Assembly (NCBI GenBank): GCA_020184695.1 | Contig: JAANOX010000011.1 | Location: 62,001 to 126,000, forward strand | Direction of reading: 5' to 3' | Length of the DNA stretch: 64,000 bases | Source of the DNA: Histomonas meleagridis 2922-C6/04-290x | Lineage: Eukaryota; Protista; Parabasalia | Part shown: positions 1-10,586 of the stretch, piece by piece | Numbering within the stretch: the first letter of the stretch is position 1 | Layout of the letters: every line of letters starts with the position of its first letter | Made by a program: the position numbers and the translations under genes | Notes under the pieces: generated by a model | What the model saw: only the letters and a program-made list of their open reading frames with translations | What the model was told of the DNA's origin: nothing | The model's database searches: none

Positions 1-1
1 T

Positions 2-907
2 GTCTCTGATCCAGATCCCATTTTAAGCTGTGAAATCAACAATTCGAAGTTTACAGCCTCACTTCAAATGCGAACCCAAAAAGATGCCGAAGCTGCAGTT
101 CAACTTGGTACCATCATAGAGAACAAGCAGCTCCTTACCATCTCATGGGGCAAGAATCCTGATGCACCAATTCCCAAACAAAATCCAAATGTGTCACTTA
201 TCCAAAACAATGTTCTTGATTCCATCATTGTTGATTCAGTTCTTCCACTACCATCCACTCAAAGCCTCTTAAAAGCCTTTGAAGCCGATTTTGAAGTATC
301 ATCAATAACCCGTCCAGAAGGCTTTGAGCATGCCATTGTTCAACTCCGGGATCCCTCTCTCACCGACGTTGCCATTTTCCGCCTCAACGACACCATAGTT
401 GATGGAGTCAAACTCAGAGTTCGCCGCGCATTTATCGGCGAGAATGAAGGTCCGAACTTATTAGACAAATCCGAGCGCCGCAAGATGGACATCTCGTGCG
501 GGCCGTCCAACATGCTTACGGTGCTCAGCCCGTACATGCGCGAGAAACCGTGCGTCGCGGACGTCCTCAATCCCGAAGTCCCGATCACAGTTGTCATCCA
601 CGAAGAGACTGAGCGCCTCCAGCCGAGCACCGGCGCGACGCTTCTGATATATAACGTTGCGCCGCAAGTCGCGCTCTACGATAACGAGGAGTGCATCGAC
701 ATCGTAAACGACATCCGCGACGAGTGCAACAAGTACGGGCGCGTGCTCGACTGCGTAGTGGATCGTTTGGTCACTGAGCCGCTGCCGAGCGATTACGCAG
801 TGGTAAAGGTGACGTTCGAGGACAGTAACGACGCAAAAGACGCGCAGATAGCGCTCTCTGGAAGGAGATACGCAGGAAGACTTGTGATAACGCAACTGAT
901 TGATTAA
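2..907 (+). CDS. U2AF large subunit-like RRM/UHM splicing factor (5' end runs off the window)
   Basis: The frame is open from base 2 to the stop at 905-907. Two RRM-like segments plus a C-terminal UHM-like domain (LLIYNV...DIRDECNKYGRV...VKVTFEDSNDAKDAQIALSGRRYAGRLV), as in U2AF65 RRM3. Confidence 0.7.
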   Translation, partial: VSDPDPILSCEINNSKFTASLQMRTQKDAEAAVQLGTIIENKQLLTISWGKNPDAPIPKQNPNVSLIQNNVLDSIIVDSVLPLPSTQSLLKAFEADFEVSSITRPEGFEHAIVQLRDPSLTDVAIFRLNDTIVDGVKLRVRRAFIGENEGPNLLDKSERRKMDISCGPSNMLTVLSPYMREKPCVADVLNPEVPITVVIHEETERLQPSTGATLLIYNVAPQVALYDNEECIDIVNDIRDECNKYGRVLDCVVDRLVTEPLPSDYAVVKVTFEDSNDAKDAQIALSGRRYAGRLVITQLID

Positions 908-1039
908 AATATGGATTTTTGTGATGTTAATGGAAAAATGTGTAACATATTCTGAGGAATGAAATATAATATTTATTTAAACGAATGGAGAGAAAAGTAT
1001 TTTATCAAATTATAATTTAATGTTCGATATAACACTTTT

Positions 1040-1500
1040 ATATATATTTCCTATTTGTTCAAGTTGCTTCAAGAAGTAATTTTCCTATTTCTGTATGACC
1101 TTTTCTATTGATGATATAAGTGTTATTTTAAATACTTTAATTAATTTCCAAATATATTATTTCGAAATCAATTATTATTAATAATAATTATTAAAATAAA
1201 TATAATATAAAACATATAAATATTTCTGGCATTAATATCAATTTCTTCTTGTTCAAGAAGTAATGTAACGATTAACATATTACCATATGAAGATGCTATT
1301 ATATGTGTTGTTTTAGATATTTTCGAATATTTCCAAATATTATTTAAAAATTTGAGAATACTAAAATAAATTGTAATAACATCAATTCCTTGTTTTATAA
1401 AGTATTTAATCAATTGTTTATATTTATGAATTGATGCCCATATAAAGTTTGATGAAGTGTCTTCTCTAAAAACGATAAAATTTCACAATTGATCTGTTTT
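1040..1500 (-). pseudogene. Degenerate ankyrin-repeat remnant with spacer-interrupted units
   Basis: Fragments such as IASSYGNMLIVTLLLEQEEIDINARN and GHTEIGKLLLE, separated by AT-rich spacers with ATTTGG+21 nt. Contains frameshifts and stops. Confidence 0.65.
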
Positions 1501-1722
1501 AAACAGCATATACCTAATTTATTTAAATCTTTGTTGATGATTAATTTCTTTCTTTGTAAATCATACTCAGATAACGCAGAACGATTACTCTAATCATTGA
1601 AGTAATATATTATCAAACTTCGGAATATTCATTATCATTTTCACATATATATAATAAAAATAAAAGAAATTTATCACCAAATATTTACTTTAAATAATTT
1701 CATTCTTCACAAACATTTTATA

Positions 1723-3960
1723 TTATTTTTCCAAATACATTTTCCACAAAGTGACTGCGCATTTTATGAATCTTTTCACGTATTCCTTTTCCTCATTTAC
1801 ACACAATATTTCGACCAATTTCTCGTCTGTCACGTACGACCTTATGTAGTTCAAGAAGCAGAACACGTTCGGGTTCTTTGCGTGCGCAATTTCGAATATA
1901 ACTCTTTCGTCACCGAATTCTTTTAACAGTTTCATAGCGTCCAAAGTATATTTCAAGTTTTCGGAAGGTTTTTCATTGGTAATTTCCTTAAAACAATTTA
2001 TCACTTTTTGTAGAATTTTTTGTTTCGAAGTTTTCAACTTTTGGTTCTTTAATATCGAATTATTATAATAACTTTCGAGCATACTTTCGATTTTGTTCTT
2101 TGCCATTTTCTGGAAGTTATACATCATATCAAGTTGATCGATATATAACGAAGCTATTAATCTTTCGATTAACAATTTATAGTTGTCATTAATTGGCAAA
2201 GTTTTAACTCTTTTATCGAATCCTTCATATAAGTTAAGTATTGTACTCTTCGATTGATATACGTCATGACTATTAAAGTTAAAATCATTTGGATAAAGTT
2301 CAAACAAAAATGGAATAATTCGTCCTTTGATATATATATTCATCAAATATAATATTTGTCGAATGATATTATTCTTTTCATTAATAATCGAAAATACTGC
2401 GGTGAATAATATCTCCGAAAGTGATTTTATCTTTAAACTATTCGATTGTATCACTTTTAATGTTTCATCCATCTTCTTAATGATATTCGACGCTTCTTTA
2501 AATCGAATTTTTTGTAGCCAACTTAATTGTGTATCACAATATGTTAACGCTAAATCAAATAATTCATTCGATGAATTATATTTAAGTTTCGTGCTATCAA
2601 TCATAAATAAACAATCAATGATATCATTAATGTCACTTGTCGAGACTAAATCAACTTTTAACTTGGGCGTAGATGCAGACCAACTCTTTAATGATATTAT
2701 ATCATATTCGGAATTAGATGTCGGGATTCCTAATCCTTTAAATGCGTTTGATACTTCGAAAAATGATTTTTCGTCTGGACATACTTCAATGAAACCAGAA
2801 ACAAATTCAAATATGAGACTTAAATCACGAGCTGAATATATCGAACATTCATCTACTGAACGTAATGAATTAGTTAATTCATCATTATAATTTTCAATGA
2901 TTTCGACTTTTAATTTGTTAATAAAATTGTTTATGTTTAATAACGTAGTAAAATCCGGATTTATATCATGTAAAATGGGATATAATATCGATGGAATTAT
3001 GTCTTGTGGATATGTACAACGAAAGACATTACAGATGTCATGATATACTTCTGTGTGCTCATTTAAACTTTTGTTCTCTAAATAACTTAAAAACATAGAA
3101 TCAAATATAAAGACTTCGACAAATGGAAAATTAGGAATTTCGATTTTCAGTAATTCACTGATTAAATATCGTGTGGAATATGGTAATAATGGTATAGATT
3201 GTGTCATTCGTTCCAATAATTCATTAGCAAATTGAATACAATATGTCCAATATGGAACTCGGACTAATCCATTGTTGATTTTAGAATAAGCATATTGTAT
3301 TGGCTTAATACATTTTTGGACATGTTCAATAAAACCTTGAAGTGTATGTGAAAAAAACATTCCTGGATTGGTTGTAAGAAAATATGAAGTGATGAAGGAC
3401 GATAGGAATTTGTGTGGTTTAGAAAAATTTGACCCGTGTATCGAAAAGTGCACTTTGAACAAGGAGATGATGAGTGAAACTGATGAGATTTGATCATTAA
3501 CAGATAAAAAATAATTGTATATGGATGGAAATGTACTAAAAACAAAAAATTTGTCGTCATCATTGTTGGGTGGTTTAGGTCGAATTAACATGAAATATAT
3601 TATTTGGGCAAATACTTCAGGATTTCGTTTAAGGTTATGAATTAAAAGAGAATATCGGTCTTTATGATTAGGTTTGGAAAATAATCGAAGAGAATTGGCA
3701 ACTGATAAATGTTTGATCGGTTGAAGGGGAAATAAAAGACTTTCTTTATCAAAGCATTTTTGCGTATACGACATGTAATGAAGCCTACATAATAGTAAAC
3801 GAGAATTTAATAAATTTATGTATTCATCACGTAAATCAGTCGACGCTTTGGAAATAATGTTGTTAGTAGCCATAATCATACTTCTTTCTTTTGTAAATTC
3901 TTTCTTAAATTGTTCGAAATTACTATGGAAATCCCCCATTGTATGGTATATTTTTGTCAA
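1723..3960 (-). CDS. Uncharacterised 745-aa protein, possibly RasGAP-like fold with degenerate C-terminal VPS9-like region
   Basis: Long intact ORF. Helical architecture and length resemble 17732-19972; domain call is tentative. Confidence 0.45.
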   Translation of the reverse strand: MTKIYHTMGDFHSNFEQFKKEFTKERSMIMATNNIISKASTDLRDEYINLLNSRLLLCRLHYMSYTQKCFDKESLLFPLQPIKHLSVANSLRLFSKPNHKDRYSLLIHNLKRNPEVFAQIIYFMLIRPKPPNNDDDKFFVFSTFPSIYNYFLSVNDQISSVSLIISLFKVHFSIHGSNFSKPHKFLSSFITSYFLTTNPGMFFSHTLQGFIEHVQKCIKPIQYAYSKINNGLVRVPYWTYCIQFANELLERMTQSIPLLPYSTRYLISELLKIEIPNFPFVEVFIFDSMFLSYLENKSLNEHTEVYHDICNVFRCTYPQDIIPSILYPILHDINPDFTTLLNINNFINKLKVEIIENYNDELTNSLRSVDECSIYSARDLSLIFEFVSGFIEVCPDEKSFFEVSNAFKGLGIPTSNSEYDIISLKSWSASTPKLKVDLVSTSDINDIIDCLFMIDSTKLKYNSSNELFDLALTYCDTQLSWLQKIRFKEASNIIKKMDETLKVIQSNSLKIKSLSEILFTAVFSIINEKNNIIRQILYLMNIYIKGRIIPFLFELYPNDFNFNSHDVYQSKSTILNLYEGFDKRVKTLPINDNYKLLIERLIASLYIDQLDMMYNFQKMAKNKIESMLESYYNNSILKNQKLKTSKQKILQKVINCFKEITNEKPSENLKYTLDAMKLLKEFGDERVIFEIAHAKNPNVFCFLNYIRSYVTDEKLVEILCVNEEKEYVKRFIKCAVTLWKMYLEK

Positions 3961-4357
3961 TGTATTGTATGGTTTACACTTTCTTACAATTCCAGTCGTT
4001 CAAAAGTTGCTAATTTTTTGTTTGAAATGTTTATTTTTACGATTGTCGATCACTTTGTTCTCAAAAATTATTATCATATGATAAGTAATATTACTTTAAA
4101 ACTTTATACATAAAAATCCAAAATATAATGAATACTCATTAATATTTTGAATAGTTTTAATATATTTTAACACTCTTAAATCAAATATTGTAAAGTCATT
4201 ACAAATTTAATAATTTGACATAAGAAGAATTACTAAGATTTGACACAAAAAAGAGGAGAAAAATAAAAATTGAATTAATTTTTAGGATCCAGTGAAGTCT
4301 GATGACACCATTTTTTTTTATTTTTACCATCCAAAATACTTAACATATTTGAAATGT

Positions 4358-5170
4358 TTATATAAAACCTTGCGCCGTTTTGTTCGCATCCAGTATTTCC
4401 AAGAACTTCTTGAACTCCTCTTTATCCGTTTGGAAAATCATAGGTTTCCCATCAACAATAATAGCCATTCTTTCACCTCTTAATCCCTTTTCTCTTAATC
4501 GTGGATCTGTTGATATAACTTCTAATATCTTAGCTCTCATCTTATGTTGGTAAAGAACGAATTTGTCAATAAGATTTTGAGCCGAAGTTGGATCAACGCA
4601 ATTATTGATAAGTAATTCTTGTGCTATTTCGGCATATCCTCTGGAAAGTGTTAATGCTCTACGAACGAGTTCCTCAGGAAATCCTTGTTCTGTTAATTGA
4701 AAGACATCAGATTGAGTATATTGTTTAATAGGATAAATCATATCAAGAAGTTCCGTGTTTTGATAAGAATTTAAAACTCCAGTGGTAGAGGTATTGTAAA
4801 TATTTGGTGAAAATTTAGAAATGGTAGTTGTTGACGTTTGAGGTTGACTAAATATTTGTGGCTCTGGGGATTGTTCTGGTTGACCAAAACCAATTTGTGG
4901 TTGATCGGGATCGGTTTGTGAAGGTTGAGGATTTGAAATAGTCTTGGGTAGAAATATAATTAATCTATCCTCACGGGATGAAGAGGTTTGTATAGTTGAC
5001 AATAAAACAGAGTCATTTAAAAATTTTTTTTGGAAAGTGATTTTAATTTTATCTTTAGGAACTCCATTCTGCTGAGAAATGATTTCCTTAAGGTCCCCAA
5101 TGTTCGAGTTTGGAGGAACGTCCATAATTCCTTCGATTTTTGTTTGGTACTCGAATGTGTAGATGATCAT
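4358..5170 (-). CDS. UBL-UBA domain protein (Rad23/Dsk2-like architecture)
   Basis: N-terminal ubiquitin-like (NIGDLKEIISQQNGVPKDKIKITFQKKFLND), Q/P/S-rich linker, UBA (QLTEQGFPEELVRRALTLSRGYAEIAQELL). Confidence 0.75.
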   Translation of the reverse strand: MIIYTFEYQTKIEGIMDVPPNSNIGDLKEIISQQNGVPKDKIKITFQKKFLNDSVLLSTIQTSSSREDRLIIFLPKTISNPQPSQTDPDQPQIGFGQPEQSPEPQIFSQPQTSTTTISKFSPNIYNTSTTGVLNSYQNTELLDMIYPIKQYTQSDVFQLTEQGFPEELVRRALTLSRGYAEIAQELLINNCVDPTSAQNLIDKFVLYQHKMRAKILEVISTDPRLREKGLRGERMAIIVDGKPMIFQTDKEEFKKFLEILDANKTAQGFI

Positions 5171-5224
5171 CCAAAAATTTGGTATGAAATGTGATGTGAT
5201 AAAATGTTTTCCATTTTTTGGTGC

Positions 5225-5280
5225 CCGTTAAAATATTTGGGATGCCAAATAAAGCAGCCGTTAAAATGGTCGACCGTTAA
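5225..5280 (+). promoter_or_regulatory. Three CCGTTAA (M3/Myb-type) motifs in a 124-bp divergent promoter
   Basis: CCGTTAA at 5225-5231, 5258-5264 and 5274-5280, between ATGs at 5170 (-) and 5295 (+). Resembles the T. vaginalis M3 core-promoter/Myb site. Confidence 0.55.
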
Positions 5281-5294
5281 AGAAGCCAGAATAA

Positions 5295-8200
5295 ATGGAA
5301 ACAAAACTTAAAATATTAATAGCAGATGAATGTGATAGAATCCAAGCAGAACTACGAGGAACATCACTAAAAATAATGTTTCCAGAAATTCAGCAAGAAT
5401 TTACACAAATTAAAAGCTCTATTTGGAATTCCAATGATTTGGATATACGCTCAATTATTTCACCATTCCTAAAGATACTAGATTGCAAACAATCTTCAGA
5501 TGCTATTGCTGTAATTACTTTATCATCAATTCACAATTTCATTCGAACTTCTTTAATCCAAGAAAAAGATATCTTAAATGATATTTGCAAATCTTTTTCA
5601 ACATGTAAATTTCAAAGTACATCTGAACATTATTGTAATTGCATATCACAAAGAATTTACATGTGCATATCAGAAATTTGTAATTCATTTGATTTATTGG
5701 AAGAAACTCTTATTTTGCTTTTTGATTATATGTTGCATGAAATACATATTTCAAACGGTCTTGTTTCTGTTTTATTTCTTGATACTTTCGAACTATTAAT
5801 ATTAAAAATTTTTAATTCCACATATTCAGATCTTAAAGAACATTGTATTAAATCCTTATTTCTTCTAGCGGATAACTCTCAAACAAATACTAATTCTGAT
5901 TTTAGAAATATTGGAATTCATAGTCTTTTACAAATTTCAAGAAACACTTCGAATATTAATAACACATTACTTTGTTCTGTCTGTGTATTAATTTCTCAAC
6001 AATTATCATTTACTGATTTTAGGGATAATTTTGTTTTAATTCTTCGATTATTTTTTAACGTATTCCGAACAAATTACATCAATTTTTTTAATCCATTTTC
6101 TCAATGCTTTGAACAACTTATTTCTTACTTAGATCAATCAACAACATCATATCAAAATAAAGAAATTGTTTATGAAGTAATTAATGATTTTATTTCACAA
6201 CCAGATTTTATATATTTTATATATTTCAACTTTAATAATGAAAACTCTTTCTTTTCTTCTTCACTCTTTAATAAGCTTGTTGAAAACGTTGTTTCATATG
6301 ACGTAAAACGTTTTGTTCCTCTTTTCCTTGATCCTATTACAACATTAGATACTGAAAGTAATATCAAAGGCTTTGATCGAGCACTTGAAGAAGAATCATT
6401 TAATGAGATGAAACAATTTTCTGAAAAATTCAATGAAAAGCCATCATTATTTATTAAAGATCAACAAATTCCAGCTAATGACTTAGCCAAACGTATTTTA
6501 ATATCTCCTTTTATCACACGTCAATCTATTGGTGAATTTTTTAGTCGGAGTGATGCATATTGTCTTCAAACTTTAGAAGCATATCTTCAACTTTTCGACT
6601 TTTCTTCATTAGATTTTGATTCCTCAATACGTTTATTTCTATCATCGTTTCAAATAGCTGGTGAAGGACAAATTATCGATCGAATTTTTGATTTATTTTC
6701 GAAATCATTTTACACGTCACACCACGAAAGTAAACTTTTCAAAAGTCCATCGGCCGTACATGTGTTGGCATATGCATGGCTAATGATGCATACATCATTT
6801 CATAATAATAATGTATCACAAAAGCCGAATTTTGAAGAGTTTGAACAAATGCTTCATTTACAAAATGATGGTGAAGATTTCGATACTAAATTACTTATGA
6901 ACATATTTTATTCAATTCAAAGTTCATGTATACCATTTGAAGATTCTAAACAAAGGAATTCTATTGCGTATTGGCGACTTCAAATACAAAAACAACGAAT
7001 TTCATCACCATCATTAATTAATTTAGAAGTCACTACTGATGATAAATTTTCCATTAATTTGAATACGCAAAAACAAAATATGTTTTGTGATATATGGGAA
7101 ATCATTTCGAAAATATTATTTAATTCTACTGAGAATAAAAATGTATTTATTTTATTATATAAATGTGTTGATAATTGTATTATATATCATCAATATAAAG
7201 TTATTGATGATATATTATTACGATATTCAGCATCATGTATCTATGAATTAACACAAGAAAACTGTGATAATTCATTACAATTAATATCATATATTGTAAA
7301 TAATTATGGAACTTATATCCGTAATAGTTGGTCATATTATATTAACTTATTAATAAGTTTATTCCAACTTGATTTATTACCTGATGATTTATTAACATTT
7401 AATAACATTTGTGACGTTTCTACGCCAATAAAAATTTCATATAAAATGTTATCATCAAAAGAAAAACGATTTCAACTATTTCGATATAAAAGAAATTCTT
7501 CTGATGGCGACATGAAGAAATATGGAAACCAAAGTAATGAAATTAGGGAGATGATACAAAAAAGTTGTTTACAATGTTTACCTGAGAAATCGAAACATTT
7601 TTCGGATGAATCATTGACATTATTATACAAAGAAATTATAAAAATTTCGGAAAATTTCGAAAATTCTAATGACGTATTCATATTAAATGTAGCGATTTGT
7701 ATGAATTTGATATATAAAATATTTATAAATAACGCAAATCGTGGTTTAAATGAAATCAAAAATGTTATTTTATATTTCGGTAATGTTTTAAAGAAATCAA
7801 ATAATTCAGTAATGAAATCAATCGCTTTAAATTTTATGTTTTTGTTGCTAATTAATTTGTGGAATGAAGAAACACTTCAAAATGAACTTATAAAAGTTTT
7901 GGAACAAATTGATAAAAATTGTTTAGAAAATTATTTTGATGATATCGAAATAGGTATCGAATTATTCTTAAATAAGAATATGAAATCATTTTTATGTTGT
8001 TATAATTGGAAACCTTTATTAACTTTAATTAACTATGGAATTACTATAAATTCCAAAAAATGTATAAAGACTTTCGAAAATTTAATGAATAAAATCGATA
8101 AAAAAAATGTTCCAAATAATATCGAATTCGATTTATTTTGGTTCCCGATAATTCAATGTTATTCTGCTTTATGTTACTTACAAACAGAAAACATTGATAA

Positions 8201-8609
8201 AAGATTTAATGACTTAGAAAATGCTTTGGAAATACAAACGTTGAAGCCATTTGATTGGAGAGAAATTTTTAATAAAATTTTGTTCCCGATCATAACCGCT
8301 AACCGTAGCAAGCCGTCACAGGAATTAGGGGGGATCAGAATTACAATGAGCACTTTTGTGTTCGCCATGAAAAAGTTGGCAACGCTGCCACTTTTTGAAA
8401 GTATCTGGTTTAGAATACTCAGTTTGGTATTAGGTTTCGTTAAAAAACAGAAAAATAGTAAAGAAGCAGAGATATTGGAAAAGAAATTAAAGGAAACATT
8501 GACGAAAATGAAAGAAAACGGATTTTTCAATGATAAAAATGGAAGAATTTGGAAGTTAACTACACAGAACGTAGGAACTGTGTTTCCAGGAATGATTGAA
8601 ACTGTTTAG
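5295..8609 (+). CDS. Large Sec7-domain ARF guanine nucleotide exchange factor (GBF/BIG family)
   Basis: Sec7 motifs FDSSIRLFLSSFQIAGEGQIIDRIFDLFS (Glu finger) and AVHVLAYAWLMMHTSFHN; N-terminal DCB-like region. Confidence 0.85.
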   Translation: METKLKILIADECDRIQAELRGTSLKIMFPEIQQEFTQIKSSIWNSNDLDIRSIISPFLKILDCKQSSDAIAVITLSSIHNFIRTSLIQEKDILNDICKSFSTCKFQSTSEHYCNCISQRIYMCISEICNSFDLLEETLILLFDYMLHEIHISNGLVSVLFLDTFELLILKIFNSTYSDLKEHCIKSLFLLADNSQTNTNSDFRNIGIHSLLQISRNTSNINNTLLCSVCVLISQQLSFTDFRDNFVLILRLFFNVFRTNYINFFNPFSQCFEQLISYLDQSTTSYQNKEIVYEVINDFISQPDFIYFIYFNFNNENSFFSSSLFNKLVENVVSYDVKRFVPLFLDPITTLDTESNIKGFDRALEEESFNEMKQFSEKFNEKPSLFIKDQQIPANDLAKRILISPFITRQSIGEFFSRSDAYCLQTLEAYLQLFDFSSLDFDSSIRLFLSSFQIAGEGQIIDRIFDLFSKSFYTSHHESKLFKSPSAVHVLAYAWLMMHTSFHNNNVSQKPNFEEFEQMLHLQNDGEDFDTKLLMNIFYSIQSSCIPFEDSKQRNSIAYWRLQIQKQRISSPSLINLEVTTDDKFSINLNTQKQNMFCDIWEIISKILFNSTENKNVFILLYKCVDNCIIYHQYKVIDDILLRYSASCIYELTQENCDNSLQLISYIVNNYGTYIRNSWSYYINLLISLFQLDLLPDDLLTFNNICDVSTPIKISYKMLSSKEKRFQLFRYKRNSSDGDMKKYGNQSNEIREMIQKSCLQCLPEKSKHFSDESLTLLYKEIIKISENFENSNDVFILNVAICMNLIYKIFINNANRGLNEIKNVILYFGNVLKKSNNSVMKSIALNFMFLLLINLWNEETLQNELIKVLEQIDKNCLENYFDDIEIGIELFLNKNMKSFLCCYNWKPLLTLINYGITINSKKCIKTFENLMNKIDKKNVPNNIEFDLFWFPIIQCYSALCYLQTENIDKRFNDLENALEIQTLKPFDWREIFNKILFPIITANRSKPSQELGGIRITMSTFVFAMKKLATLPLFESIWFRILSLVLGFVKKQKNSKEAEILEKKLKETLTKMKENGFFNDKNGRIWKLTTQNVGTVFPGMIETV

Positions 8610-8748
8610 ATATAAATAAAATGTAAGTAATTGTTGCAATTTTAATAATATTTACATATGTAGAAATATTCCATTAACGGTCGTCGCTAAGTCAAAATTC
8701 GAACACAGTCTCTGAAAATCATATGCAGTTCATTATTTTACAGACACA

Positions 8749-9918
8749 ATGGAAAGAGCATCCATTGACATTCCATACTTAGAATATCGGCGTTTCCATC
8801 TGGAAAGAATCATCGATTATATTACACCTTCTATGCCGCTTTGTTCAATTCATCAGACAAAAACCATTCTTTTATTTTTTTATTTCATCTCATCTCTTAT
8901 TATATTTTTACTTATCCCTCAAGTACAATCAAATGTCATTACAACTGACGTATCAGCAATATATTTTCCAATGATCTGTGTCTTAATGCTTCACATTGTA
9001 TTGACCATTGCTTATATTATTTTTGCTCTTTTTGCAGGAGCTAGCACACGAACACTTTTTGGTATTATTTTCTACTTACATTCAATACTTGGTTTAGTTG
9101 CTTTTATTTTTCTCATGTTACTTTTAAATGAGACCGATTACTCAGTTGGAATTTTTATTCAATATGGCGTTTTAATTGGCTTTACATTAGATCTTATTGT
9201 CGGTTTATATGTTGCGCCAACACATCGAATCTATTTAACATTTATTGGAATTGGAATAATTCCTTCGTCGCTAATTTCAATTTTAACATACTACAAAGTC
9301 AACAAAGTCATTTGGCTTCCTTATCTTCCTTATCTTGTTTTTTTCTTTATATATTTTTCATTATGTCTAATTTCATATTTCAAATGTTCCCAAAAAATAT
9401 TGGGAATTTCCAAAAGGTTTTTTGGTAACCATGAGATTTCTGTTGAGTTTGAGGCTTCGCAAGACTTTGAGAGTTTTTGGAATTCTGCATATTGGAGGGA
9501 CGACTCCGGATTCATTGTTGAGAAGGATGCATCATCTAGTTCTGACGATGATGATGATGACGACATAACTAACTCTAGTTTTGCTATGTCCCTCCTTGAC
9601 ACCAAGAAAAAGGATCTTCGGTTCCCCAAAAAGGAAAAGTTCCAATTGTATAAAGTTGATGGGAAACCGCAGAATCCGTTTTTTGTGGTTGAGACGATTC
9701 CACTTCTTCTTATTGCTGGGTTAATAGTTCTTTGTTTCTTTAATACGTTTTACCAGTTTGAGGATTTCTTTTATTATATTTCGATCGCAATTTCATTGAT
9801 CTTCTTTTCGGCCATTATTGTTTCTAGAACTTTCTCTTATAACTGCTGCTTGCTAACAAATATGGATCAGGAATGGATTAACACCCTTTGGGATCACCCA
9901 GCATTGTCTATTGTTTGA
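8749..9918 (+). CDS. Multi-pass membrane protein of unknown function
   Basis: 389-aa ORF with about 8 hydrophobic segments and an acidic S/D loop. Confidence 0.65.
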   Translation: MERASIDIPYLEYRRFHLERIIDYITPSMPLCSIHQTKTILLFFYFISSLIIFLLIPQVQSNVITTDVSAIYFPMICVLMLHIVLTIAYIIFALFAGASTRTLFGIIFYLHSILGLVAFIFLMLLLNETDYSVGIFIQYGVLIGFTLDLIVGLYVAPTHRIYLTFIGIGIIPSSLISILTYYKVNKVIWLPYLPYLVFFFIYFSLCLISYFKCSQKILGISKRFFGNHEISVEFEASQDFESFWNSAYWRDDSGFIVEKDASSSSDDDDDDDITNSSFAMSLLDTKKKDLRFPKKEKFQLYKVDGKPQNPFFVVETIPLLLIAGLIVLCFFNTFYQFEDFFYYISIAISLIFFSAIIVSRTFSYNCCLLTNMDQEWINTLWDHPALSIV

Positions 9919-10586
9919 ATAAATATATATATTTTTCGGTATTTTTCTTAAAATGATTTTGTATTTCATCTTTCCAATTGATGAAAATTATGAAATAAAC
10001 TTTATACAGCGCTTATTCAATATTATTATAAGCAATATTCTCAATAGCTCATATATATTCATTTCAAAATAAATTTTTTTGGAAAAAAATTAACCAAATT
10101 TTTATATATAAATAGATTAATATAAAATAGGAATAAGTTTATATTTCATGAAGATTAACACAATTCTCAATGTGTTGACACAACAGAGTCGTTTTTCGAA
10201 AAACATGTTTTAAGATCTTGTTGATATAAAAATATTAATATTTTTTAATTAAAAATAAATGATACTTCTATAAATTATTGAGGTTCAATCATTTCTTAAG
10301 TCTGACTCAAAAAATGATACAAGTTCGATTACAATTAATAAAGATTCATAAAAGTTTCGTAATAAATTATAATTTTATATACAATAACTAATTTTTATTT
10401 AAATTTCTAACGCGGAAGACAAAAGCGTTAAAAAAAACCATTTACACTGAGAGATATTCTTATTTCAAATATTTGGTCGAGCAATTATCACGTGATAAAG
10501 AAAAAATCGGTTTTTTGCGGTTTGTGTATCGGCTGAGTGGTCACGTTGAACTTTTTGAGCGTTACGTGTTTACTTCACTTTTAACT

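Noticed and set aside
340-895. Antisense ORFs 340-630 and 461-895
   Set aside because: Shadow ORFs of GC-rich sense codons, with no recognisable domain.
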